Of a stretch of 64,000 nt of DNA, positions 13,401-24,700 are shown one piece after another. Numbering within the stretch: position 1 is the first letter of the stretch; each line of letters starts with the position of its first letter. Origin of the DNA: Tubiluchus corallicola (lineage: Eukaryota; Animalia; Priapulida); NCBI GenBank assembly GCA_030141605.1, contig JAQGDQ010000123.1:434001-498000 (forward strand), in the 5' to 3' direction. Both the position numbers and the translations under genes were made by a program. The notes beneath the pieces are model-generated. The model worked only from the letters and a program-made list of their open reading frames with translations, did not search any database and had not been told where the DNA came from.

Positions 13401-16117
13401 AGTAGTTTTTCCCTAAGAAGTGTTAATAAGCCAGGTTAGGTTAAATTATGGCTTTAGTGGGTTGTCTGAAAAAGTCAAAATCCCTTTTGATGAGCTTCAA
13501 AATGACAAGAGTACATTACTGTAATATCATGTAAATGTTAACTTAATCGCTGAAAATGTTTTCAGAGTGAAAGACAGTCGTCACTGCCTATTTCTACTAC
13601 CTCTTTTACTAGCTTGTAGTAGGCTAGTAGCATCCCACTGGTTGGAAAGCTTAATATAAAATGATTTATGATTGTTGTTCTTTGGTCTACTGCCCCCCCC
13701 CCCTCATTGGCTGTTTGTGATTTCCAATGACCTCTGCTTCCAAGTGAATTACAGTTAAACTTGCCTCATTGCAATTGCAGCCAGATGACAAGTTAAAAGC
13801 CGCACCTTGTTCCTTGCGTGCATTGTATAAAAGCAAAATTTTCAATTTCCCAACTTCAAAATACCAGTATCCTTTCAATCACACTGGCCTGATATACTAC
13901 AAAGTTTATTTTGCATTTTGCATATTTATGCATCAAATATCACTTTTATGCTACTAGCTGTACTACTGGCTCAAATGCCTTGTCTGTGAAAATGGTCTAA
14001 AATTGCTTAGAATGTCATGGCAGATCAAATAACTGGCCTGGAATTCATACATCTTGTTAACAAACATTGACACGAGCACATCCTTGAGTTTGACCTGCAT
14101 GTACTCATATCCTGGTATGGTTGTAAAAATGTTCAGTGTAATAAATGCATTTCATCTTGCGATGCCACCCTCAGAGCCTAGGAATTGCCATAATACAAAT
14201 GCTTTAACAGAACAAAAGGGAGTCAGAGATCAAATTCATACTGTATTTATTACATTTAAACAGCTTTTTTATGTGGGTCATGTATTTTTCTTAAAAACGG
14301 TTCCATGAATATTTGTCACAGATTTCAGTTTGCAGACTATTCCAAAAGTTAGTACCCATTATTTTGAACATGCTGTTTCAGTTTTTCAGTTCTCAGATTC
14401 CATTTTAGAGAACAAGGGCGTTTGTGGTCATCCCTTTAATCCTTTTTTATTATAATAACCAGTAGGCTTTAAAAGATCCCAGTAATACGGTATTTGTATA
14501 ACCTGACTTCTGCTGAGATTTTAACAATACCAAGTAGTGCACTAGCTGGTTCTAGAAATGTTCATTTAGATGTCCTTGGAACCTGCATACTTGTGTGTGA
14601 GGTCCTTTTGCCATTTTCTGTCATGCACAGTATGCAGCATGGCACCTAATTAAGCCTTTAGCAGTGTTATATATAATTATTATTATTATATGTACTAAAT
14701 AATTCAGAAGTGTGCCTTGTATGCAAAAACTGATGGGATAAAAGCTTTTATGCACAAATCAGGTACACTTGTTTGCTTTAAAGTATACATGTACTATTGT
14801 CAATATTAATCTTGAGTTTCAATAATGGAAGCACAAATTATCATTATTTAGTTAATTAAGCATTTTGCTGGAATGCTGGAAAATTCGGAACTTCTGCTAA
14901 TGGAACGTCTTTTCAGAAATCAACCGGGGCTGATGTTAAATATACTCAAAGGTTTTACCGTGCCTGAATTCATGCTGTTAAAAATGAAACTCCATATGGA
15001 AGCATTGCGCACAGACCGTAACAAGTCCAGACAGGGTCACGTTGTCTCGGATAAACTAGATGCTATAAAGGTATGGCTAACTGGATGTCGTTACCAACAC
15101 TCAAAGGCTGATATGAATTGCAGATACCATATACCGGAAAAAATGTGAGCTAAAGTTTTGCGAATTCAACTTCAAACATTGTTTGTGCAGTGATATTTTT
15201 AGCACAGCCTTGCGAACATTACAACGAGAATCTCTGCAGGGAATTACATGTAATAGTAATAAAAATAAGAATTACATATAGTAGTTGGAATTACATGTAT
15301 TACCACATTGCTAGTTGCCCTGATCATAACAGACCGAGAGTGAAAAGTGCTAAACTTATCTAACAGCTAGTACTAGCATTTACTTATTAAATTTATGTGC
15401 ACAAAAAACTTATAGTTGTTTGAAAAAAGAGCAAAATTGGAATTTTTGTTTTGTAGACAGTGTTTTCTAAAATTTTCGGATTTACCATCAAACAAAGCCA
15501 ACGTGTTGCTACAAATTATTATTAGAAAGCACAAGCATCAACTTAAGTACTAGTGTAATTTATGTCTGACTTTCCTCGCAAGTATTTCTAGCACGCACTA
15601 ATTTTATGATTTCAGTAGATTAGTGACCAGCTGATTTGAGTGCTCACTAGCTGACCACGAGTCAGTTGCTTATTACAGATATACTTGCTCAACTTTTTAA
15701 GCAGATCTTGTGAATTTATTTCTGTGTAGAAATTTACACTGTCCATTACTGATTTGATTGCTCAATAACTGAGAAAATTATGATCTTGTGCTACCTGTTG
15801 ATGCAAGATCCACTCCGTGAATTTATTAAAAAGTAATTTAATTGCATAAACTGTGGCTTATAGCTTACCTGTTTTAACATTGTTTTGTTTTACAGCCAGA
15901 GTTAGGAGAAACATATGAAGAAGCAAACAGTGAGACTGGTAAAGGGGATGTAGCTAGCTCCGGTCCCACCTCGCCAGTTACCATGGAAACATGTTCTACC
16001 CACAATCCATCGCCTCTTGGAGAATTTGCTGATTTAGAAGTACCCAGTCCAACAGTAATGTCTGATCTGGGACTAAATGATGGTCAACTATCTGCTCCTT
16101 TTGATGTAAATGATTAA
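1449..16117 (+). CDS. DNTTIP1: Deoxynucleotidyltransferase terminal-interacting protein 1 (MiDAC subunit), 5' exons not identified in the window
   Basis: Phase-consistent GT-AG exons 1449-1529, 7487-7626, 8272-8332, 9067-9191, 14917-15070, 15896-16117 (TAA). Spliced product contains REGPKWDPERLTLETKFVMGAKANKALGLGATRGRLYIKHPDLFKYSGDSEDKVWLYENRLMPATGGRAYLLIEEDIYDLA...FTVPEFMLLKMKLHMEALRT, matching the conserved DNTTIP1 C-terminal domain as I recall it. First and last exons are low-complexity and less certain. Confidence 0.92.
4073..6329 (-). CDS. Nested LRR gene 1: signal peptide, Cys-rich N-cap, LRRs, LRRCT, putative GPI-anchor tail (~290 aa)
   Basis: Exon 1 6329-5723 (MPSNYLSTEFLLVMSTLLLLCHA-EDCSQYSGCPKMTQCHC...LKELDLSRNGIKNI...LLLYG, donor GTGAGT, phase 1). 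Exon 2 4338-4073 after a TATCAG acceptor: GNPFECDCRLRWLRETVWLNEGDYQGSDLGVCDSPKKLREKRVLDLKPEMLSDCEPKNKDKAGSSGSISTLHSIIAVISVILPACLIK-stop. Minus-strand AATAAA near 3602-3607. Lies inside DNTTIP1 intron 1530-7486. Confidence 0.9.
4459..4878. mobile_element. MITE with ~31-bp terminal inverted repeats (Zator- or PIF/Harbinger-like)
   Basis: Left GGGGCCATCCATACATAACGATATCAAGTTT, right AAACTTGATATCGTTATATTTGGATGGCCCC; AAA on both flanks; no coding capacity. Superfamily is inferred only from the GGGG termini. Confidence 0.8.
9440..9721. repeat. Near-perfect 141-bp tandem duplication
   Basis: TGATCATAGCTGCAAAAGATGG...TTTATTTCTATTCATT occurs at 9440-9580 and 9581-9721 with about two differences. Confidence 0.95.
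9843..10162 (-). CDS. Nested LRR gene 2, distal terminal exon B: LRRCT, Thr/Pro/Glu stalk, hydrophobic tail (membrane/GPI form)
   Basis: TTTTTCAG acceptor, phase 1: (N)NPLNCSCELAWLVNTTWGWGTKLGTCAEPPHFSGQSLDELNAADLCNPYRPPTGNPTTEEEETTEYTKDTTESPPQTTTDSGRRLQFEMILLSLSIYVSLMQKLA-stop. Confidence 0.88.
10193..10341 (-). CDS. Nested LRR gene 2, proximal terminal exon A: LRRCT only (secreted form)
   Basis: TTTTTCAG acceptor, phase 1: (N)NPLNCLCELAWLINTSWGGGTRLGKCAAPPHLSGQSLDDLTTEDLCNL-stop. All four LRRCT cysteines retained, no indels relative to exon B. Confidence 0.75.
10876..11872 (-). CDS. Nested LRR gene 2, exon 1: signal peptide, Cys-rich N-cap and about 10 LRRs
   Basis: First ATG at 11872 (MKLVKLSVCVILSAWLPQITFS); N-cap YWPCFHDCVDVPLCPHELPNDRCVC; LxxLxLxxN repeats such as LQYLYLRRNRL, LITLDLSQNAI, LFALYLDYNKI, LTVLFLGENNL, LESLDLSNNLI; GTAAGT donor after ITLDLS (phase 1). 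Lies inside DNTTIP1 intron 9192-14916. Confidence 0.93.
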
Positions 16118-17007
16118 ATTTAAATTCTGTTTCTTCTGTGCAGATATTGTCTACAAAATATTTGTGTTTATTAATGTCATTTGTGGTGTGTTCCGCTGTT
16201 GTGTCTGCATTAGCTATGACTGTTATTAGTATGTTTATGCATCTAACTTTTTTGGAAAGTCATGCAAAACTGATAATAACAGTCAGGATATAAATGGGTG
16301 AAATTTGTTGATTCACATTTTGTTTGTGCCATTTTTTTGGTTTCTAAGTGTTAAATGCATAAGCAATGCACTGAGCCTGTTCATTTGACTAATCGGCATC
16401 TTCATGGACTAATAATCCATCGACATGGTCCTTAAGCATCCTTTTGCCTCAAGCATATTGATCTAATATGGACGAACTTTGATGACATCAAGCTGGACTT
16501 GATTTTTGTCAGTCTCTTTGAACTGAATGAGCAAAGCACAGGATAATCAATGCGACAAATGCTGATGTTATGTGGTGCTACTGGTGATAACACTGTCAAC
16601 TTAGCCCAGGTACGGTGTTGATAAACTGACATTAGCTAGGTACGTTTCCTGGTAAGTGTTTCACTTTCAAAAACACTAAGGTCTTTCTGTGAGATGAGGA
16701 CCGAGCCTTGCCATTAGTAAACATTTTGGTATTTTATGCTTCTTTGATTACACAATATTAGTTATTCACATTTATTGCTGTTGAGGTTTATAACTTTTTC
16801 AACAATCGACCTCTACATTTATGCAGAGAAAGTTTGTGCACTTCCTGCAAAATTAGAGGATACTTTTCTGACGACCCACTTTAGACACACCAAAGGCAAG
16901 GTAAAGACCTCAAATTTTGTGGCGGTCCTGACGTTTTTGTTGCACACATTATATTTCTATTGTGAACAAAAAATTAGTAGACTCCTGTGTAGAATTAATA
17001 CAAATTA

Positions 17008-17818
17008 CAGTAGGCGCTGCTTAATAGACTCATTTTGGGATCGAAGTGTTTTGACCCAATTAACCGACTGAACTTATTAACTGATGGGTGTAGTATTACT
17101 GGTATAAGATATGAGTCACCAGCTTACTATGCACTGCAAAATGTTTTTAATGAATTTTAGAAACGAAGTAACGCCTAAATTCCTTTGTACAGTTAAAAAT
17201 TAGAAAATCACACAAGTCTACTTATTTGCAAAAATTCCTTCAAAGTCGGCTGCTTCATTTTATCATGAAGAAGTTGGCTCACAAAGTTCTCAAAATGATA
17301 AAAATGTGCCTGTGATTCCCCCAACTTTGTCTGTAGCTTGCCATACTTGTGATGTACTTACTGTACTGTACCTGGGTTCCTCGCATAACAGCAACATCTA
17401 ACTGTGTTAAACCTTCTGGCAAAGACAGCCAGAGGTTCAAAAGCAAACTGCTAAACAAGTGATTAAATGTTTAGCTTCCAGGAATTCTTGGGAAACGAGG
17501 TTAATTGCAGTGGACCAGCGGGTCAAAGCAAACCATTAGGGTATGCTAAACGTTTCTGCTTACAAGCAAAACGGTACTTAACATGATTGTTTCTATGTAT
17601 ATTATAGGACAAAAGCAAACTAAGATGATATAAAAGTCATAAAAGCTTATTAATCACACAAGTGTCTTATTGAAGCTTGTGAAGGAAAAACAGGATCGAT
17701 TATGCGGAGTTATTTGAGTCAATTACCGATAGTTCTTATGTATAATTGAATACAAGCGGCCCGTACCAGGTGTTTTTGAGTCAATTAAGCCATTGAGTCT
17801 ATTAAGCGGCGCCTACTG
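17008..17818. mobile_element. pogo/Tigger-type non-autonomous DNA transposon
   Basis: TA-CAGTAGGCGCTGCTTAATAGACTCA ... TGAGTCTATTAAGCGGCGCCTACTG-TA (TIRs plus TA target duplication). Its right ~370 bp are homologous to 30320-30722. Confidence 0.88.
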
Positions 17819-18760
17819 TATTATCAGTATTGCAAAATGTGGGAAATGGATATTGTTTAATATTATCTATCATTGCGGAGCTTTTTACTAAATTTCATCT
17901 TTCTCAAAATATGTGCAAGAAAAAGAACAGTAATAATGTTGAAACCATGTGAATTCATAGTAGTGTGCGATATAAATATTTGGTATAATAATGTAATATT
18001 GATCTATATTTTAACAATTGCTTTTGTTGTGTGTTAGCTATTTAAGTTGATATTTAAGCATACAACATTAATATTATTCCATAACATATATATGAAACTC
18101 ATTTTTGTGTTTCTTGTATAACAATTTTTGTTGAGTAACTTAGGTTGAATAATTATTGCACAAATTTGACAATTGTACATACAGTATCACTAACACTTGT
18201 ATGTTAAAAATAATTTATTAATTCATTGTGAAGTTACAATAAATAACAATGAAATATTTACAGTTGTAGCAGTTAATGGTCTATTACTTTGACTTTAGCT
18301 GATTTTTGTTCAACTGCCAGATCACTATTTTCTCTTAGGAATACTTTGTTAAAAAAATGACGAAAAGTACCCAGAATTCTCACAGACGTCTCTGGTAAGG
18401 TCGGAGGATCGAGCATTTCTTGGAAAGAACTATCCCTCAAGGCTTCACGATTAGCTTAAAGATCATAAAACAAATTGAATGTCACTAGTTTTGCAGTAGA
18501 ATGGAAGAGAATGTAGGAATATTTTGTGAAAAGAACAAGACATCCTAGAAAGCCTAACTTCCTGCAAACGACACGAACATTAGGTTCTGCTGACACACAC
18601 ACCAGTACACCTACTCTATTGTGGCTTAAAAGCAGACATCACTCATATCATTTGAAATGGGTGTGACTCATAAAACAGGTGAATTGTGATTAAGCATTGT
18701 GCATCTTTGGTATGTAATCAATTCACTAGATCATAAGTTGAACCCTGTAAACCATATCAC

Positions 18761-21700
18761 TCATTCCAATGCGAATATACTTTGTCTCGCTGTCATCATT
18801 CGTTGTCGTGCCCGTGAAAATTTTTCTGCAACAAACGTTTAGAAAAACGATTTTAAATTTAGATTAAACATCTGTCTAACCCATTAATTCGACAGTCAAT
18901 TTGAGTCATACCATAAAATATTTGGCCTACAATACTGACAAGAACAATACTTATTTACAATCAGCAGTACGATAAACAAATTACCCAGTACAGTACAGTA
19001 CAATATAGCAAACAAATTGCTCAATTACACATGTCCTGTTGGGCCAATAATTGCCCAGTAAGTTGTTTCCAAATATGTAAGAGGAACATCAAACTTCTGT
19101 TGCCCGTCATATACATAACTAAAAATAAAATTTGCTTTAATAATTCTGATACTTACGGAGTGCAGTGATAATTCCTTCTTGCACCATACTGACCCTAAAA
19201 CAGGATGAAAAATTTTGTATGAAAATTTCTTAATAAAGATGAATGAAAATTGAAAACCCTAACCAATGTAAACTTGTCTGACTATTTTGTAATTTGTCTG
19301 TGCCAAAATTTAACACATCTTGTTATAACGCCAAACTCGCTATAATGCCAACTTTTTCTGGGTTCCAAAATCGACGGTATTGACTAGGTCATTTTTGAAA
19401 AAAATATGTTTCCTTTTAATATTTTATATGCTAGATCATTTTGAGCTGTGGTTCGACATTGGCTCCAGCTTTCTTTTAAAGTTATGACATACAGATGAGA
19501 AAACTAATAATACAGATTTGCCAAGTGACAAACAGGCAGACATGATATGCTGTTTTAACCACAAATTTTAGTAAAAAGACCTACCCCAACTTATCCACCA
19601 ATGATGCAAATGTTCGTTTTCGAGATTTTGAATCAAGAAAGGCACGAGATTGTTGGATGATGTTCAGCTTAATCTTCACGTTTCCTGTAGATTCAGTTTT
19701 GAATCCAAATTTACTAAGTCGATTGCCCTAAAACAAAATGCTGTTATTTGTTTTTTTTTGAATAGCATAATGACAAATTCACATTATTATGCTACACAGA
19801 ACCCCACATAAGAGGGAGAGGCGATGACTAAATTGACGATTAGAATAAAACTTTCCAGAGGCCATTCTGGTTGTTATGGTGTACCAGATTAAGGGTTACA
19901 CTGCAGAATGTGGGAGTGCATAAATAACAGACTGACAAACAGATCGATTTTCATCTTACACACGCAACCACCCATCCACCCACCCATGCATGCACACACA
20001 CACACACACATAATATACATTTAATAAAATTCAGGGAAACTACCTGAAACTCAGGGAACTACTTATGAATAGTCATTAGCAAAAATGTATATTAGTTTCT
20101 TTTTAACTCTAATCCAACTTTACAATTAAGCTTTTATGTAATATTAATTAGGATATTTGTTTTTTATATTGATTATTTTATAGTTTTTACTTCTAATTTT
20201 CGTTTGTAAACCGTGCAAAGAAAACCTCATGTGGACTGCACATGTAATGTATATATATATATATATATATATTAATTTTTAATATAATATAGAAAGTAAA
20301 TCAAATCGATATGTCTCGATAATATTTGCATTTTGCATTTCGACCTAATCGTTATTCTTAATTTGCAATCAGATCATGAGCTAAGCATTTCTAAGATTTC
20401 CAGTTACGAAACTAGATGAGATATGACAAACCTCAAAAGTGGATGGCACAGCAATGTAAGTCGGATCCTCTAACTCGGGTGATCCACCAATAAAAAACCT
20501 TCGAAGCTCGTCATTTATTGATCGCCCTACTGGCCTCCATGTATTAATCACTCTAATATTGCATCCTAAAGATAAGAAAGAGATATTTGGGTCACAATGT
20601 ATTTCAAGGATACATTTTGTATTATGCGTGACACGATTCATTGATATTTATTAGTCGAAAATTTCATAATTGCTTAAGTGCTTAAAAGCGTAAGGATTAT
20701 TATGCTTTCAAGTTTTAGCTTTGGAGGTGAGAATTAGAATGTTAGCAACAGCAAATCGCTAAAAAGGTATAACTAATTGCTATCAATTTAGCAAGCCATC
20801 GAATGGTTTATTTCCGAATTTAAAGCAGTTTAGCACATAGTAACCTTTTACGTGACATTATACATGCCATAATAATTAATTGCAGCGTGAAAATTGCAAT
20901 AGAATACACTGCGGCAGATAGTCGTAACACTTAAAGGAAAACAGGATGATTTTTCATATCCTACCTCATTTTGAAGTACGTAAAAAGTGCTACTGTACGA
21001 GACTCAGTGTGATGTATTAAACTATGCAAGTTTTAAGATAAAAATTCAAATATCAAATTTATGCTCACCACGAGCTCTCAAACATGTGCACTACATCACA
21101 AACGAACACACCCGAACTAAGAGATACAGCACCAGTTATTTTATGCAACGCGTTTCCGAAATGCAGGTGCTAGTGCTGATCTAACCAACAAATGGCAAGC
21201 TGCATGTAAACAGCAAAGAACTTGCTGCACAAGCAAAATTGCATTTCATTGGTAATTATTCTTTCATGAAAGTCATTCTTGAAAAAATAGTGTGTTTCTT
21301 TTCAATATTTTAAACAGTAGATTGTTTTCAGCTACAGTTTAAGATCGAATACAGTTTTCCTTTAAGGCAGCTCTCATACAGTCTATTATTAGTACTAAAA
21401 TTCATGTTTGAGCTTGGGCAATTATAGTCTAAGCCTCATAGCCTCAATAGTTTGAGAGAGATAAAAATGATTTTTTTTTGTTGGTCCAATAGACCTCAAG
21501 CCATTTAAGTGAAGGACACACCTGGTGAATGATGGACACAGGCGCCAAAAGTAGATTTTACCGATAATGCTTTACCAGGCTTCACTAACCTGGTTCAGTG
21601 GGGAGTGATATGTATCCATAGCCTTCCGTTCGATATCGATGCCACATATCGAGAGACAAAACTTCAAGAAAAAGCTGAGGCCAGCCATGAATTGAACTGT

Positions 21701-24700
21701 CTGCACTATCACCTTCTGCAAGGTCATTCTTGTAGAACAGCTCGCATTCAAATGGAAATCCAAAGTGTGACACATTGGAAGTTCCAACAGTTGTAGTAGA
21801 GCAAGTTTGTGTCACCCACGACTGCTGACAAGATGCGTCAATTCGCCACACTAATAACAAAACCATAACTTGCATTACACTAGTTGCTGCTTAATAAAAC
21901 TGCGAATAATAAAACCAGCCACATTTCAGAAGTGTTTAGCCATGTTCCGGCATTACACCCACAAGTTGTTGCCGAGAAACTATTGTTGAGAAAATTCAGT
22001 TAATAAAAAAGTGCACAATTTAATAAGATCACATTTTCAGTAACAGACAACAAAAGGAATAGCAAAATGAAAAATAAAATGTATTTTTTGGTATTTTGAC
22101 TATTTTTATTAAGCCACACAACTACTTAGTCAAAGTCACATTGCAAGTTAAAAGTCAATTGTTTCGTCATAATCACTCTGTAGACTGAAGTACATTTTAG
22201 TCGAGAAACTATTGTTGAGAAAATTCAGTTAATAAAAAAGTGCACAATTTAATAAGATCACATTTTCAGTAACAGACAACAAAAGGAATAGCAAAATGAA
22301 AAATAAAATGTATTTTTTGGTATTTTGACTATTTTTATTAAGCCACACAACTACTTAGTCAAAGTCACATTGCAAGTTAAAAGTCAATTGTTTCGTCATA
22401 ATCACTCTGTAGACTGAAGTACATTTTAGTCTGTTGAATGAACTTAAATCACTGTTTTATGCTTGAATCATTCTGCTGGTATCCAAGTGAGCTGACTACC
22501 CCATGTTTAGTTGTCATGTAGTATAAATTACGTTGAAGTGTTTACGTATTGTACTTAGCACCACATCATAAAACCACCATTTATTACGACCACATATTGC
22601 TGGTTCCGTGGTGGTTTTATTAAGTGGCGGCTACTGTATTCAATAATGTACCTCAATTGTGTGGACAATCATGTTTGCAAGATATTATTAGATTCATAGC
22701 AAACAGGACTTTTGTGGCATTAGAATTTTTTTAAGTGAATTAATCACGAAACATGAATCTTTATACATACTTTGTGGCAGTTCCAGAAAGCAATGAATGT
22801 ACAGGTTATCATATTCATAGTCTTGAGCTGAAATAATCTCTCCATAGCACAGCAACCGCAGCACTTTTGGTGGAGGCTATAATTTTAACAAAATTGTTAC
22901 CTATTGAATTAACATTTTGCAAATATATGTATGCAAAACTGTGCTGTACACATTTAAAGAGAAAAGAGTTTTCAATAGTTTCGAATTGCTAACAGCTCAG
23001 CTATTGCAGAGGTCAGATTGGCAGAATTGCAAAAAGTCTCAAAGGTAATCTGATATAAGCCCTTTATCTTCGTGATAGACTTCCTCATTTCCAAAAAAAG
23101 AAACAAAATATTGTGTGATTATGATCAAAATACAACAGTTGCCGCTTAATAAAACCAGCTGCATTTTACAACCATTTAGCCCTATTTGGAATTACTCTCA
23201 CAGAAACCATTGTTAAGAAAATATGGTTAATAAAACCAGTGTGCCATTTAAGAAGACTATACATTTTTCAGTAATAAGCAGCAAAAGCAATAGCAAAATG
23301 AAAAAATAAATGCATTTTTGGTAGTTTGCTTATTTTTTAAGATATGTAGTAGATTCAACCCTTTTTAGTCAAAATCACACTGAAAGTTAAAGTCGATTGT
23401 TTCATCATAACTGGTCTGCAAGTACAGCCAGTAAAATACATTTTAATTTGTTGAATAAACTTGAATCACTGTTGTACATTTGAGTCTTTCTGTAGGCATG
23501 CGAATGAGCTGTCTGCTTTCAGAAGCTAACCAAACTAAGTATCCACACTCATTTTCTTAAATCATGGTAAATTAATTACTAAATTTCTATCTTGGGAAAT
23601 TGAACTGGGACCACCAGCACTTGAAAAAAAGAGGAGCTGACTGAAAAATATAGCACATGATTTGTGACGAACAGCCGATAACCAATAAAGTTCTGAACTG
23701 CCCCCTGGAAACTGCAAAATATCCCAAAATTTTGATCTGCGGCTCTGAAACAAGATTGCTGTTGTGTGGGCTTAGCTTGTCATTCCATCAGCGCATGTAA
23801 TTTAAATCAAATATGGTGATTAAAGTTTCATTTAATAATATGTTTGCAGACGTTTACTCTAACTATAACCTACATTATACGCAATCAAAATTAAAAATAC
23901 ATTCAGTTGTCTACACTATACATGACCAAAATGAGAAATACATTTAGTTACTTTTACAGTATAATTTACTAATAAAGAAATATAAAATGATTTCTACTTT
24001 GTATGAAAATCACGGAAATACAGAACGTACCATTTCAAACTGAGATCCGACACATGCTTGAAGGAAATCAGTGTGCCGATCATAAAGCTCTTGATACATT
24101 TTATTTTCTTTGTCTTGCTCCTGGTGGCTAATTAACTGAGACACATTCTCCAGTGAATATTCAAACACATCTAAAATATGGAACGGACCAATTAAGAAAA
24201 GAGTTGTGATTTTTTTGCTTTTTACTGCAATGACGCACAGAAATTTAACCAGTCTTAGTCTAGCTTTCCATCAGGTAGTCAGGTACCCGAGTAATTACCC
24301 GCATTGTTTATTACCCGAGCCTAATATTTCTAGCCAGTTTCAACAATGAAAATGCGACATTTTTTGTAGTACGATATCCATACTACAGTTTTTTTAAACT
24401 AACATTTACGTAATATTAATTCTAGTATTTTTGTGACAATGCTCAAGTAAAAAGATCATTTTTAAAAAAGATCATGAATAAAGAAGAAACCCCAATTAAA
24501 AAATATTAAAAAATTAAAAAATAATTAATAATGCATTATTTGTCCTAAAGGAAAATACTGTGAGAGGATACCTTTTCCCAGTGTCTCTGTTTCCACTACA
24601 TAGGGTTTTTCACCATGACTCAAATCTGGTGATATGGAGATCACCCCTCGAGTATCAACTTTAATGGTGCACACGAGATATTCATCTGATAAATATTTCT

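Noticed and set aside
1530-14916. VLR-style somatic assembly locus with germline LRR cassettes
   Set aside because: Both LRR genes are complete in the germline and I saw no orphan LRR cassettes in the flanks by eye; only the architecture resembles VLRs. An HMM scan would be needed to exclude faint cassettes.
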